Assembly: GCA_965612745.1 (NCBI GenBank)
Contig: CBFDTD010000005.1
Span: 498-64,497, forward strand
Direction of reading: 5' to 3'
DNA length: 64,000 nucleotides
Source of the DNA: an uncultured bacterium
Lineage (GTDB): Bacteria > Chloroflexota > Anaerolineae > B4-G1
Under the pieces are notes generated by a model. That model was not told where the DNA came from. It saw only the letters and a program-made list of their open reading frames with translations, and ran no database searches. Position numbers and translations under genes: made by a program. Shown here piece by piece: positions 54,615-63,566 of the stretch (within the stretch, counting starts at the first letter, position 1; every line of letters starts with the position of its first letter).

Positions 54615-57542
54615 CTATATTTCGTATCGGAATTGGTAGCGTTCGTCTTCGTTCGTGCGTTGTCCTTTGACTATCAATATATTCTGCCCTCTTTTTGCAT
54701 ACATTGTACCGTGGGCAACCTCCTTCCCCTTTAGATTATAGGCCCAAATCTCCACACCTTCGATAAGTTGATCGCCACGCCTTCCTTTCTTGGCCACACG
54801 CCGAACCTTGATGCGCCTCAATTGCAGCGAGGCGCCGATCTGCTTTCCTTTCAATACCATCCAATGACGGCGCTTTGTCCTGCTCAGCAAGTCATCATCA
54901 ATGACTCTACCGCCGATCACTTCTGCGATCAGTTTACCTTTAACCGCCGGCAGGCGCCAATTCAGGATTGTACGCCCGATCGGGTACGCTATCGAGAGCG
55001 CTACGACCGCGATTCCGAACCACCACAGGATGGGATACAGGAGGGGGTCATTGCGCTGAAACACTACTGTGCGTGGTGGCCATGCACCCTCGGTAGGCAC
55101 ACCGCCGCGAATCGCCCCATCAAGGCGCACGGTGGCTGTGTACTGCCCCGGCTCGACCAGGTCGGGTACATCGGCCCCAAACACCTGCCCTTTTCCAGAT
55201 ACATCTTGCAGGTTAACGTGCCATGCCTGCCCGTCTGGACCTTCGATCTCTAAGGTGAATAGCTGATCAGGGGGAGTGATGAAGAATTCCTCTGCACGGG
55301 CAGGTTGGTTTCCGTGCCGCAGCTCGACACGTACGGGCATAGGCTGTCTCGCAAAGGGCAGGAGTGGCGGCAAATACCAGTAATGAAGTGGGTAGGTCGG
55401 CTCAGGCTCTTCCTCATCGGGTGACAGTACAAAGAAGTAGGGCAAGTTAGGGCTGACATTGATCTCTCGATGGGCTACAAAGGCCGCCTGAACCGGTTCG
55501 CCCGCTCTTAAGTTCGTATACCCGATAATCTCCAGCGAGTGTGGTGACGGATCCTCGAGCACCCAGTTTACTGTGGAAAAGTAGCGGCCTGGTTGCTGAG
55601 CAGGTGAGAGCGCTGCTTCTTCAACAGAACCATCAGGACGTATCAACCTGACCACTATATCCAGCGGATAGTTCGGATCAACTTCCACAGGCTCATCGTT
55701 GGAGTCGCGAAGTTCCAACTCCACCATACGCAACGGAGCCAGAGCCGGATAGTTGGGCCCTGGTGAGTAGACGTACACGTTCTCGGTTGTCTCGAAAACC
55801 GTCTGATACTCGAACAACTCTGCGTCAGCATCATCCCGCAACGCCACAGTGAGAGAATACGGTCCCGTTTCACCGAGGAAGAACGGTTCGTCAACCCGGT
55901 AGTTACCGCTATCCCACTGTGGAGATGGCAGCTCCGCTATCTCCCCTGAGGGGGTCTGTGCGCTTAGATCCACAGACCAAGGTGTGTCTTCCGGCACACC
56001 AATCGGATTCCCATCAGGATCAACAAACCCTAAAACCAACTCTGTGACGGGGCCATAACGCAGGTATGGCTGACCAGGAGCAAGGATTTCCACCTGCGGC
56101 GCATATACCGGAATCTGAAAGTTACTTTCGAACAGAGGGAGCACAAGTGAATCCTGAGTGAATGTGAGACAACGTCGTAATTCGGGAGTAGGTGTCAGGA
56201 CTGTAGAGACCTGCACCCTTAGAGTATAGGGACCAGGAATCAACGGCAACACGGGGATGACCGAGATATACTCGCCTATACCCGTCTGCTGAAAGTCAAT
56301 CCTCTGATGAGAACCATCGGGCATGGTTAAATGTCCTTTCATCACAATAGGATATCCGGGCAGCTCATCTATTGGCTTCCCGTTCGAGTCCAGCAATCCG
56401 AGTTCGAAGCGCATAGGAAGATTTTCAGGATGTGGGCCCGAGGGATTCTTTATCCACAGCTGATTGAAAATGGGCTGCACAAAAACATCCACCTGCCCTG
56501 TTCCCTCACGAGCACTCTGCCAGCAACCGGGGTCAGGGTTGGAAATCTCGTACATCTCATCCCGCGTGTTCCCCTCAGGTGTCTCTGTGCAAGTGACGTT
56601 GATTACATCTGCATCCCATTTCCTTTTATCGTAACAGTCAACATTGACCAGAGTAGCATCGGGGCGACGTAGGGTTATCCGTGCTTCTGGGTTATACTTG
56701 AAGAAACTAAAGGAAACAGAGCGTGCATACGGTTGGATAAAATGATAACCCAGTACCGAGACCTGGCAATAGTCCGCAGGCTTATCAGGATTCAGAAACG
56801 GGCACACCAGCCGTACTATCTCTCGATTCATCTCCTCCACAGAAGAAACGCGCACGGCGTGGCCCGGACCAGCGACGTCCTCCCAGCGGCTTTTGACCTG
56901 AGGCCAGTACCGGTTAGCATCGTCAATGCCTATTATGTACAGGGTGAAGAGTGAAAGTTCTGCATCACAATAGTCTGTCAGCTCCTCGAAGTAGTCGGCA
57001 TAAGTGTAGGGATTCTCTACTCGCTCAGCTCTTGCGTCGTAGGGACCTCCGTCGGTAATTAGCACAATCAAGCGCTGGCGAGTATCGCTTTCGAGTTCCG
57101 CATCAGTCGCAGCCGGAAACACCTGGCGGACGAGTTCTAAGGCGGATATGAAACTTGTGTTCCCCAGATTCTCGGCGACAATGGCATTCTTGGCATCCGA
57201 AATAATATCCGCATCCTCGAGTGAGGTTAGAGGTACTAATATATGTGTTTTGCCTGGAGAGCCGAAGCCGACGACGACAACTCGATTGGTGCGTTCAGGG
57301 TGGACAGAATTTCCATCGAACGCCATGTAGTCTATGAGATACTGAGCGGTTTGGACACGCCGCTCCGTAGGATCAGTAGCCCTATATCCGGCCGATCCAC
57401 TCATGCTGCCCGATTGGTCCAAAAGGATGATCAGGTCAACACCTGGAGATGGCGGAGCCTGGGCTCCTGCAATTGGTAGGCCCGCCGTGGAGAAGGTCAC
57501 GAGAGCCAGCACGAACAGGAATGCTAATGATTTGAAGCGCAT
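54615..57542 (-). CDS. Secreted vWA domain protein with Ig-like repeats, TM and basic cytoplasmic tail
   Basis: Signal peptide MRFKSLAF..; DLIILLDQSGSM MIDAS; TDP..R; LITDG; TM YPILWWFGIAVVALSIA; RBS GGGAGG. Confidence 0.85.
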   Translation of the reverse strand: MRFKSLAFLFVLALVTFSTAGLPIAGAQAPPSPGVDLIILLDQSGSMSGSAGYRATDPTERRVQTAQYLIDYMAFDGNSVHPERTNRVVVVGFGSPGKTHILVPLTSLEDADIISDAKNAIVAENLGNTSFISALELVRQVFPAATDAELESDTRQRLIVLITDGGPYDARAERVENPYTYADYFEELTDYCDAELSLFTLYIIGIDDANRYWPQVKSRWEDVAGPGHAVRVSSVEEMNREIVRLVCPFLNPDKPADYCQVSVLGYHFIQPYARSVSFSFFKYNPEARITLRRPDATLVNVDCYDKRKWDADVINVTCTETPEGNTRDEMYEISNPDPGCWQSAREGTGQVDVFVQPIFNQLWIKNPSGPHPENLPMRFELGLLDSNGKPIDELPGYPIVMKGHLTMPDGSHQRIDFQQTGIGEYISVIPVLPLIPGPYTLRVQVSTVLTPTPELRRCLTFTQDSLVLPLFESNFQIPVYAPQVEILAPGQPYLRYGPVTELVLGFVDPDGNPIGVPEDTPWSVDLSAQTPSGEIAELPSPQWDSGNYRVDEPFFLGETGPYSLTVALRDDADAELFEYQTVFETTENVYVYSPGPNYPALAPLRMVELELRDSNDEPVEVDPNYPLDIVVRLIRPDGSVEEAALSPAQQPGRYFSTVNWVLEDPSPHSLEIIGYTNLRAGEPVQAAFVAHREINVSPNLPYFFVLSPDEEEPEPTYPLHYWYLPPLLPFARQPMPVRVELRHGNQPARAEEFFITPPDQLFTLEIEGPDGQAWHVNLQDVSGKGQVFGADVPDLVEPGQYTATVRLDGAIRGGVPTEGAWPPRTVVFQRNDPLLYPILWWFGIAVVALSIAYPIGRTILNWRLPAVKGKLIAEVIGGRVIDDDLLSRTKRRHWMVLKGKQIGASLQLRRIKVRRVAKKGRRGDQLIEGVEIWAYNLKGKEVAHGTMYAKRGQNILIVKGQRTNEDERYQFRYEI

Positions 57543-57689
57543 GTTCAAGACCTCCCTACGGAGAGTGTATTGCAACGCCTTGTGAAACTGGGCATATTGG
57601 AAGAAACGCGGGTTCGCTCTGGGCTTCGCACTGTATCAGTACAAAGGGATGCTCCATACAAAGAGATGCTCCATTGAAACGCGAGTGGT

Positions 57690-57914
57690 TCAAGGCTCAG
57701 TATGGGGGGCAGCCGGGTCTGCTTCAACCAGTCGCTGCATAGACTCATCTCGCAGCCACTCATCTATTAATTGTCTCTTAAACCGCCACGCCCGCCCCAC
57801 CTTTACCGCCGGTATCTCCCCAGCCTGCGCTAGTTTGTATACCGTGGCCTCGGCCAACCGGAGATACTGGGCCACCTCCTGCACGGTCATAATCTCACTC
57901 TCTGTCGCTTCCAT
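57690..57914 (-). CDS. Excisionase-like HTH_17 DNA-binding protein
   Basis: IMTVQEVAQYLRL..TVYKLAQAGEIPAVKVGRAWRF; RBS GAGGAGG. Confidence 0.9.
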   Translation of the reverse strand: MEATESEIMTVQEVAQYLRLAEATVYKLAQAGEIPAVKVGRAWRFKRQLIDEWLRDESMQRLVEADPAAPHTEP

Positions 57915-58105
57915 CTTGATAACCTCCTCGCCCGCCCTGCCCCCACCGCGGGGAAAAAAGTGAGAGGACGGTAGAGTAACGATCCACAGATGAACATTCT
58001 TGAGCGGTTGTGCCTCTTCTCATAAACAAAGCATCACATCCCCCTATATATAATAATGCAAAATGACCCCCATTTCTTTCATGAAAAAAGCCGAGTTTTG
58101 TCGAT

Positions 58106-58134
58106 TTGACCAAAATTTTAAGATTTGGTATCAT
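58106..58134 (+). promoter_or_regulatory. Sigma70-type promoter for the sigma factor operon
   Basis: TTGACC-17 bp-TATCAT with extended -10 TG, within the AT-rich divergent intergenic region; ACCAAA..TTTGGT dyad overlaps it. Confidence 0.65.
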
Positions 58135-58171
58135 TAGACAAACCTTATCCATCTATAATGGAGTTGAGATT

Positions 58172-59014
58172 ATGTCTCTATCACCGTTTGACCACTCTGA
58201 ACTTGTTCTCCTGGGTGCCCGGGCTCTGGAGTGGGTGTGGGACGGTGATGGCATCCGTCCCCCGAAACAGGAGCGGGAGATACACATTGAGACCCTCGCC
58301 GACATCCTCCAGACCAACCTCTCCAATGGGCGCTGGCGCCACGCCGCGAGAGTGGATGGGGCGGCGCGGCCCAATAGCCCCGAACTGCAACGCTACGCCG
58401 TGCGAGTGGCCACACACTATTGGGCCGAGCGCGAACGAATGGCAAGGCTCGCTGCCAGGGATTGGGATTTGTGGGAAGAGCTGCACGGCCAACTGCTGAA
58501 GAGTGCCTACCACGTGCTCCGCGATCACTTCGGGTTGTCGCACCCTGTGGCTTATGAGCGGGCGAATGATTATGCCCAGGAGTCATGTGAACTGATCTTC
58601 CGCGGTCGCTACCCTTTTGACGTCCCCTTCCATGCCTGGGCTACCCGCGTGCTGCTCAACTGCATCCACGCCGGAGAGGGACGCTCAACTGACCTGCTGG
58701 ATCGCGGCACGTTCGTCGAGCCGGCCCCGGCGGATGCGCAGGAGTTCGAACTGATTGACGAGATGTGCTGGTTCGAGAGCGAGCAAAGTCTATGGCGCTG
58801 GGAGGTCCGGGAAGTGTTGTGGGATGCTATCCAGCAACTGGCCAGCCCGGCACAACAGCAGGTGATCATCCAGGATTTCTGGTACGGGCAGTCCAGCACT
58901 GAGATCGCGCAGGAACTGGGCAAGACTCCCCAGGCCGTATATAATCTCCGCCACCAGGCGCTGGCCTCGCTCAAGGCAATCCTGGAGCCACAGCGATACC
59001 TGTTTGCTCCTTGA
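58172..59014 (+). CDS. Sigma-70 family (ECF-like) sigma factor
   Basis: DYAQES..FHAWATRVLLN (region 2); QQQVI..GQSSTEIAQELGKTPQAVYNLRHQAL (region 4); GGAG before ATG 58172. Confidence 0.85.
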   Translation: MSLSPFDHSELVLLGARALEWVWDGDGIRPPKQEREIHIETLADILQTNLSNGRWRHAARVDGAARPNSPELQRYAVRVATHYWAERERMARLAARDWDLWEELHGQLLKSAYHVLRDHFGLSHPVAYERANDYAQESCELIFRGRYPFDVPFHAWATRVLLNCIHAGEGRSTDLLDRGTFVEPAPADAQEFELIDEMCWFESEQSLWRWEVREVLWDAIQQLASPAQQQVIIQDFWYGQSSTEIAQELGKTPQAVYNLRHQALASLKAILEPQRYLFAP

Positions 59015-59037
59015 GGGGCGGGACCGGATGGCGTAGT

Positions 59038-59733
59038 ATGGAACCACAATCGTTGAAATGTGCTGAGGTCAACGACTTGCTCGATATGGTCGTCACCGAT
59101 GAACTGGCCGGTGTGGACGTGGGGGTGCGGTATCCGGCGGTGATGGCGCACCTCCAACATTGTGACCGTTGCCGTACTATCTACACCTTGCTGCGCGACA
59201 CGCTCCAGCCGAGAGAGGAAACGCCGTTGCCTCCCTCTGCTCCCGTCCCCCCGCCCAACCTCTCTTTCCTCGACACCGAAGAGGAGAGCCCCTGGCGCCG
59301 AATCGTCCAGGACCCATCCTTGCTTTTCCCCCTCACCTTTGAAATCGCCCGCAACTTCATCCGGCGGGCCTTGTGTGGCCCAAGACTGGCATCGGTGCGC
59401 GGTGGACTCGAAGCCTACGGCGAGCGGCGGACGCTGTTGCTCGCCGATTGGGTCACCACCGAACAGGGCGATTGGATCGTCGAGGTCACCGCCCACCGGC
59501 GGGCCGATCGGCCGGAGGTGCTGGAACTGGAGGCACGGCTGGTGAGCGACGAGCCGCTGCCGCCCGGCCTGCACGTGGCCCTCTCCTGGGCTGACCAGCA
59601 CCTGTCGGCCCCAGTGGATAATGAGGGGGCCGCGCGCTTCCACGACCTGCCCCTCTCTCACCTGATCGAGCCCCAGTCCGGCGCGATCAAGGATGACCTG
59701 ACCATCACCTTTCAACCTATTGCGAAAGCGTAA
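59038..59733 (+). CDS. Soluble zinc-finger (ZAS) anti-sigma-like protein
   Basis: C..HLQHCDRC motif (HxxxCxxC); no TM; directly after the sigma gene. Confidence 0.72.
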   Translation: MEPQSLKCAEVNDLLDMVVTDELAGVDVGVRYPAVMAHLQHCDRCRTIYTLLRDTLQPREETPLPPSAPVPPPNLSFLDTEEESPWRRIVQDPSLLFPLTFEIARNFIRRALCGPRLASVRGGLEAYGERRTLLLADWVTTEQGDWIVEVTAHRRADRPEVLELEARLVSDEPLPPGLHVALSWADQHLSAPVDNEGAARFHDLPLSHLIEPQSGAIKDDLTITFQPIAKA

Positions 59734-59796
59734 TCCCATCTCACGTTTCACGTTTGACGTTTCACATTTCACGTCTCACATCTCGCGCATCACATT
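59734..59796. repeat. Heptamer repeat array (TCACGTT-like x9)
   Basis: tcccatc tcacgtt tcacgtt tgacgtt tcacatt tcacgtc tcacatc tcgcgca tcacatt. Confidence 0.85.
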
Positions 59797-62700
59797 CTGC
59801 GCCTTATTCCTGTGCTTGTCTCGACGTGTCACACCACGCCGTCTCACCGGAATTCATCGCCTCCTGCCGCTCGGCGCTGGAACGGATCACCGCCGGCCGT
59901 ATCCCCCTGGACGAAGCCGAAGCCGCCCTCACGCGCGCAGCGGAAGAAGATGACTTCGTAGCCTCGCTGTCACGCCAAGGGGTACAACTGGCCGAGCGAG
60001 CGCCACGACAGGGCTGGGCGCTGGCAGCGCTGGCGCATCAGGTGGCTCAACAGCAAGGAGCCCCGCTCCGGCAGGCGCGGGCGGCCTATGCTCTGGGCGT
60101 TACCCTCAACCGCTGCGAGCACTTCGACGAGGCCCTGACGACACTAGAGCAGGCCCGTGTGCTTTTTGAGAAGCAGGCGTGCGCGCTGGACGTGGTGCGC
60201 TGTGACTGGCAGAGAGGTGTCGCATTGCGCTTCGTCGGTCGTCCGGCCGAAGCGGTGAATTTGCTGGAACGGACGGTGGCTGCCTTACACGAAGCAGGGC
60301 AAGAGGCCGAGACTGCCCGCGCCGAACGCGACCTGGCCATCGCCTACAACCTCCTTGAGCGTTTCGACGACGCCGACACTCTGATCGTCGCTGCCCGCGC
60401 CTTCTTCGAGCGCGCCTCCCAACCCGTAGAAGTCGCCCTGTGCGACCTGGTGATCGGATCGCGGCTGCGCCAACTCACCCGCTACCAGGACGCGCTCCAT
60501 GTCCTGAACAACGCCATCCAGGTGTTCCAGTCTGTCGGGCGGCCCATCGAGCAGGCGAAAGCCCTGTTTATGGTAGCCCTGATACACATTGCGTGCCAGA
60601 CGTACGAAGAGGCCCTGACTTGTTTGCAGAAGGCCAAGCGCCTATTTCGATCTGCTGATCTGTCGCTGCGGATCGCCCGCTGTAACCTGGCACAAGGCAG
60701 AGTCCTCTGGCGTCTGGGGAAACTGCGCGAGGCTCGGGCGCAGATGGAGAAAGCGCGGGCCTGGTTCGTACAGAGTAGTATGCTCCGTGATGTGGCCGAC
60801 TGTCTGTTGAATTTGGGCAACGTGGCCTACGTTGAAGGAAACTACAACCTTGCGGAGGCCCAGTACAAGCAGGCACGCTGCTACTATGACCAGGTAGGAC
60901 TTGGCGCCCACGTAGCCCTGTGTGATCGTAACTTGGGCTTGATTCACTGCCAACGGGGTCAATTCAGTGCCGCTCTGGACCTGCTGCACCGTGCAGCGGA
61001 CAGTCTGGAGAAACAGGGACTGCACGTCTGGGTTGCCGACTGTCATCGTGATCTGGCAGAACTTTACCTCGACCTGCGTCAGCCGGAGACGGCCCTGCTT
61101 CACCTCGAGCGAGCCAAAGGGGCCTACCATCAAGAGGGCCTCCCCCTCGGAGAGGCGCTGTGTGAGGTATGGAAAGCACACCTCGCAAGCCGGAGAGGCG
61201 ATTTCGTCCGGGCACGGCAGGCGTTGGAGCAGGCGCGCCAGGTAGCCGCAGCAACCGGCTCGGCCAGGTATGTTGCTCTGTGCGATCGGTTGAGCGGTAA
61301 CCTGCTGCTAGAACAGGGACAGGTGTCGGAAGCCAGGCAACGCTACCAGGCAGCGCGGGATCACTTCGCTGCAGCGGGCGCGACGGCCGATGAAGCCACC
61401 TGCAGATTGGGACTGGGGCGAACCCACGTCCGGTGTGGAGAACTCGATCGCGCAGAGGCCATGCTGCAAGCGGTGCTGCACACCACCGGCGGCTCCCTCC
61501 CTGAACTGGATTGGCAGGCTTACGCCGAACTCGGACACATTGCCCGCAGCCAGGGACACCGTCGGCGGGCACTGACATACTACCAAAGCGCAATCGAAGC
61601 CCTTCGCACAGTCCGGCTGACACTGCCAGAGGCCAGGCTTGGGGGCGGCTTCGTCGCCTCGCGTGGGTTGGTGTATGATGCAGGTGTGCGTCTGGCGCTG
61701 GAGTTGGAGGACTTCGCACGGGCATTGGAGATTGCCGAGGAAAGCAGGGCCCAGGTGCTGGCGCGGACGTTGCGCTCAACGGTCTGGCCTGAAGCCGAAG
61801 ACCCCTATGTAGACGAACTGCGGAGCCAGGAGGCGGAACTCCGCGCTGCCATCCAAATGCTGCGCCAACGGTTGATAGCCTCCTCTGAGGACCACGTAAG
61901 GCCACTATCGAAGTCCGTTAAAGACGTGGCGGCCCTCCTGACCCGGCTGCGGGCGCACCTGTTGGAGCACCAGAGAGTATTGCAGCAACTTCACACTGCT
62001 GCCGGTGGGTGGCTTGAAGCCATCGAGCCTTTTAGATGGGAGCGATTCCGCACTATAGCGGGGGAGAGACTGCCAGCGGGCTGGTCGGCCTTGATCTACC
62101 ACTGGCTGGATGGACAGTTGGTCATCTTCCACATAGATAACCAAGGTGTCCGGACCTGGGTACGGGAGCCTGGCCGTGTGGAGCGAGCCGCACTGGCGAT
62201 GTGCACCTCGCCTGCGCCCGAACGACGGGCGCTGATATTCCAGGGCAGGCTCTATGGGAGGGCTCTCCCGTCCCCAATTGGACTGAGGTATCGGCGACTC
62301 CTGTACAGACTGCTCATCCCCGAGGCGATAGCAGCGAACCTGTCACCGGACCAACTACTGCTCATTGTGCCACACGGCTGCCTCCATCACCTCCCCTTCC
62401 AGGCCCTGGAGAGCGAGAGAGGTTTCCTGGCGCAGCAGGCCGTCGTCGGTTACATCCCCTCGCTAGGGAGCCTGGAGAGGCTGCTGTTGCGCTGCGGGAG
62501 TGATTGCCGCAAGCAGCGCGAGCACAACGCCCGTGCTCTCCTCGTCGGTATTGACATCTTCAGACAACCTAAGCCCCCACTGCGCTGGGCACTTATAGAA
62601 GTGGACCGGGTGGCCAGGATTTACGGGGAGCAGAGCGACCGTCTGAGGAACGAGGAAGCCACCACGGAAATCCTCCGCTCCTGGGCTGAAAGCGGCCTAT

Positions 62701-63119
62701 TGAACCACTACGCTACACTCCATCTGGTCAGTCATGCCTATCTGGATGCGGCGTCCGGTGCGCTGTCCGGCATCGCGCTGTGGGATGATGATCTGACATT
62801 CGTGGAGATTGGCCGCCTGCGGTTGGAACCGGCAGTGGTCGTCCTCTCCGCCTGCCAAAGCGGGTTGGGTGAGATCAATCCGGGCGATGAGATTGTGAGC
62901 CTGCCCTACGCCTTCCTCACGGCCGGTGCTCAAACTGTCATCGCCAGCCTGTGGCACGTGGATGACGAAAGCACGGCGGATTTGATGGCCGCACTTCATT
63001 TTCATCTCCACGCGGGAAGGTCACCTGCCGTTGCTCTGGCCCGGACTCAGCGTCAGGCTATCCAGCGCGGCTATACTCCTTATGAATGGGGGGCTTTCGT
63101 CGCCACAGGAGTTCCATAG
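59754..63119 (+). CDS. TPR-CHAT (caspase-like) protease; start uncertain (GTG 59826 possible)
   Basis: TPR array; AEESRAQ; LIVPHG.LHHLPF; LHLVSHA (His) and VVLSACQSG (Cys); SLWHVDD; WGAF. Confidence 0.9.
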   Translation: MTFHISRLTSRASHSAPYSCACLDVSHHAVSPEFIASCRSALERITAGRIPLDEAEAALTRAAEEDDFVASLSRQGVQLAERAPRQGWALAALAHQVAQQQGAPLRQARAAYALGVTLNRCEHFDEALTTLEQARVLFEKQACALDVVRCDWQRGVALRFVGRPAEAVNLLERTVAALHEAGQEAETARAERDLAIAYNLLERFDDADTLIVAARAFFERASQPVEVALCDLVIGSRLRQLTRYQDALHVLNNAIQVFQSVGRPIEQAKALFMVALIHIACQTYEEALTCLQKAKRLFRSADLSLRIARCNLAQGRVLWRLGKLREARAQMEKARAWFVQSSMLRDVADCLLNLGNVAYVEGNYNLAEAQYKQARCYYDQVGLGAHVALCDRNLGLIHCQRGQFSAALDLLHRAADSLEKQGLHVWVADCHRDLAELYLDLRQPETALLHLERAKGAYHQEGLPLGEALCEVWKAHLASRRGDFVRARQALEQARQVAAATGSARYVALCDRLSGNLLLEQGQVSEARQRYQAARDHFAAAGATADEATCRLGLGRTHVRCGELDRAEAMLQAVLHTTGGSLPELDWQAYAELGHIARSQGHRRRALTYYQSAIEALRTVRLTLPEARLGGGFVASRGLVYDAGVRLALELEDFARALEIAEESRAQVLARTLRSTVWPEAEDPYVDELRSQEAELRAAIQMLRQRLIASSEDHVRPLSKSVKDVAALLTRLRAHLLEHQRVLQQLHTAAGGWLEAIEPFRWERFRTIAGERLPAGWSALIYHWLDGQLVIFHIDNQGVRTWVREPGRVERAALAMCTSPAPERRALIFQGRLYGRALPSPIGLRYRRLLYRLLIPEAIAANLSPDQLLLIVPHGCLHHLPFQALESERGFLAQQAVVGYIPSLGSLERLLLRCGSDCRKQREHNARALLVGIDIFRQPKPPLRWALIEVDRVARIYGEQSDRLRNEEATTEILRSWAESGLLNHYATLHLVSHAYLDAASGALSGIALWDDDLTFVEIGRLRLEPAVVVLSACQSGLGEINPGDEIVSLPYAFLTAGAQTVIASLWHVDDESTADLMAALHFHLHAGRSPAVALARTQRQAIQRGYTPYEWGAFVATGVP

Positions 63120-63124
63120 CAGCA

Positions 63125-63152
63125 AGGCGGACAAGCCCGGGCTTGCCCGCCT
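63125..63152. terminator. Hairpin between convergent genes
   Basis: AGGCGGACAAG-CCCGGG-CTTGCCCGCCT. Confidence 0.5.
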
Positions 63153-63184
63153 GCGTCCTCGTGGTCGCTCCGTCGCCAGCCGGG

Positions 63185-63355
63185 TTATCCACCGCCTCCA
63201 TCACCTTGACTGCCGCCGGGGTCTCCCGGTGCGACATGGTAGACGGGATTGGGGACGATGTGGACAGTGGTGGTCGGTGCCACCGCGCCGAGGACCAACA
63301 CGGAAAGCATCACGGCCACGGCGACAGCAACCAGAAACATGTGCACCTTGCGCAT
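63185..63355 (-). CDS. Small secreted or membrane peptide, 56 aa (not in the ORF track)
   Basis: RBS GGGAGGAGGTGA; MRKVHMFLVAVAVAVMLSVLVLGAVAPTTTVHIVPNPVYHVAPGDPGGSQGDGGGG*. Confidence 0.75.
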   Translation of the reverse strand: MRKVHMFLVAVAVAVMLSVLVLGAVAPTTTVHIVPNPVYHVAPGDPGGSQGDGGGG

Positions 63356-63566
63356 CCTTTCTCACCTCCTCCCTGTGTAAGTATTGTGAGGCCTCTAATC
63401 TACATGAGGCAAAAGGCCCGAAAACATTACAACGGGAGGAGGGGAATCATTGGGAAGGAATCGCTGGTAGTTTAATTTAAGGTGGGGAGAAAAGACCGGA
63501 GGCCCCGCTTCAGCGAGGATTTTCCGGCTGAAGCCGGACGCCCCACTGATTTTAGCCACACCCTTT

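Noticed and set aside
57690-57914. Prophage or ICE marked by an excisionase
   Set aside because: No integrase, phage structural or conjugation genes; HTH_17 proteins are often simple regulators
58609-59772. 387-aa minus-strand ORF
   Set aside because: Antisense shadow of the sigma and anti-sigma genes, starting in the heptamer repeat, with no motifs
58172-63119. Type III-E CRISPR (Craspase) locus
   Set aside because: TPR-CHAT and sigma are present, but there is no Cas7-11 or CRISPR array in the window
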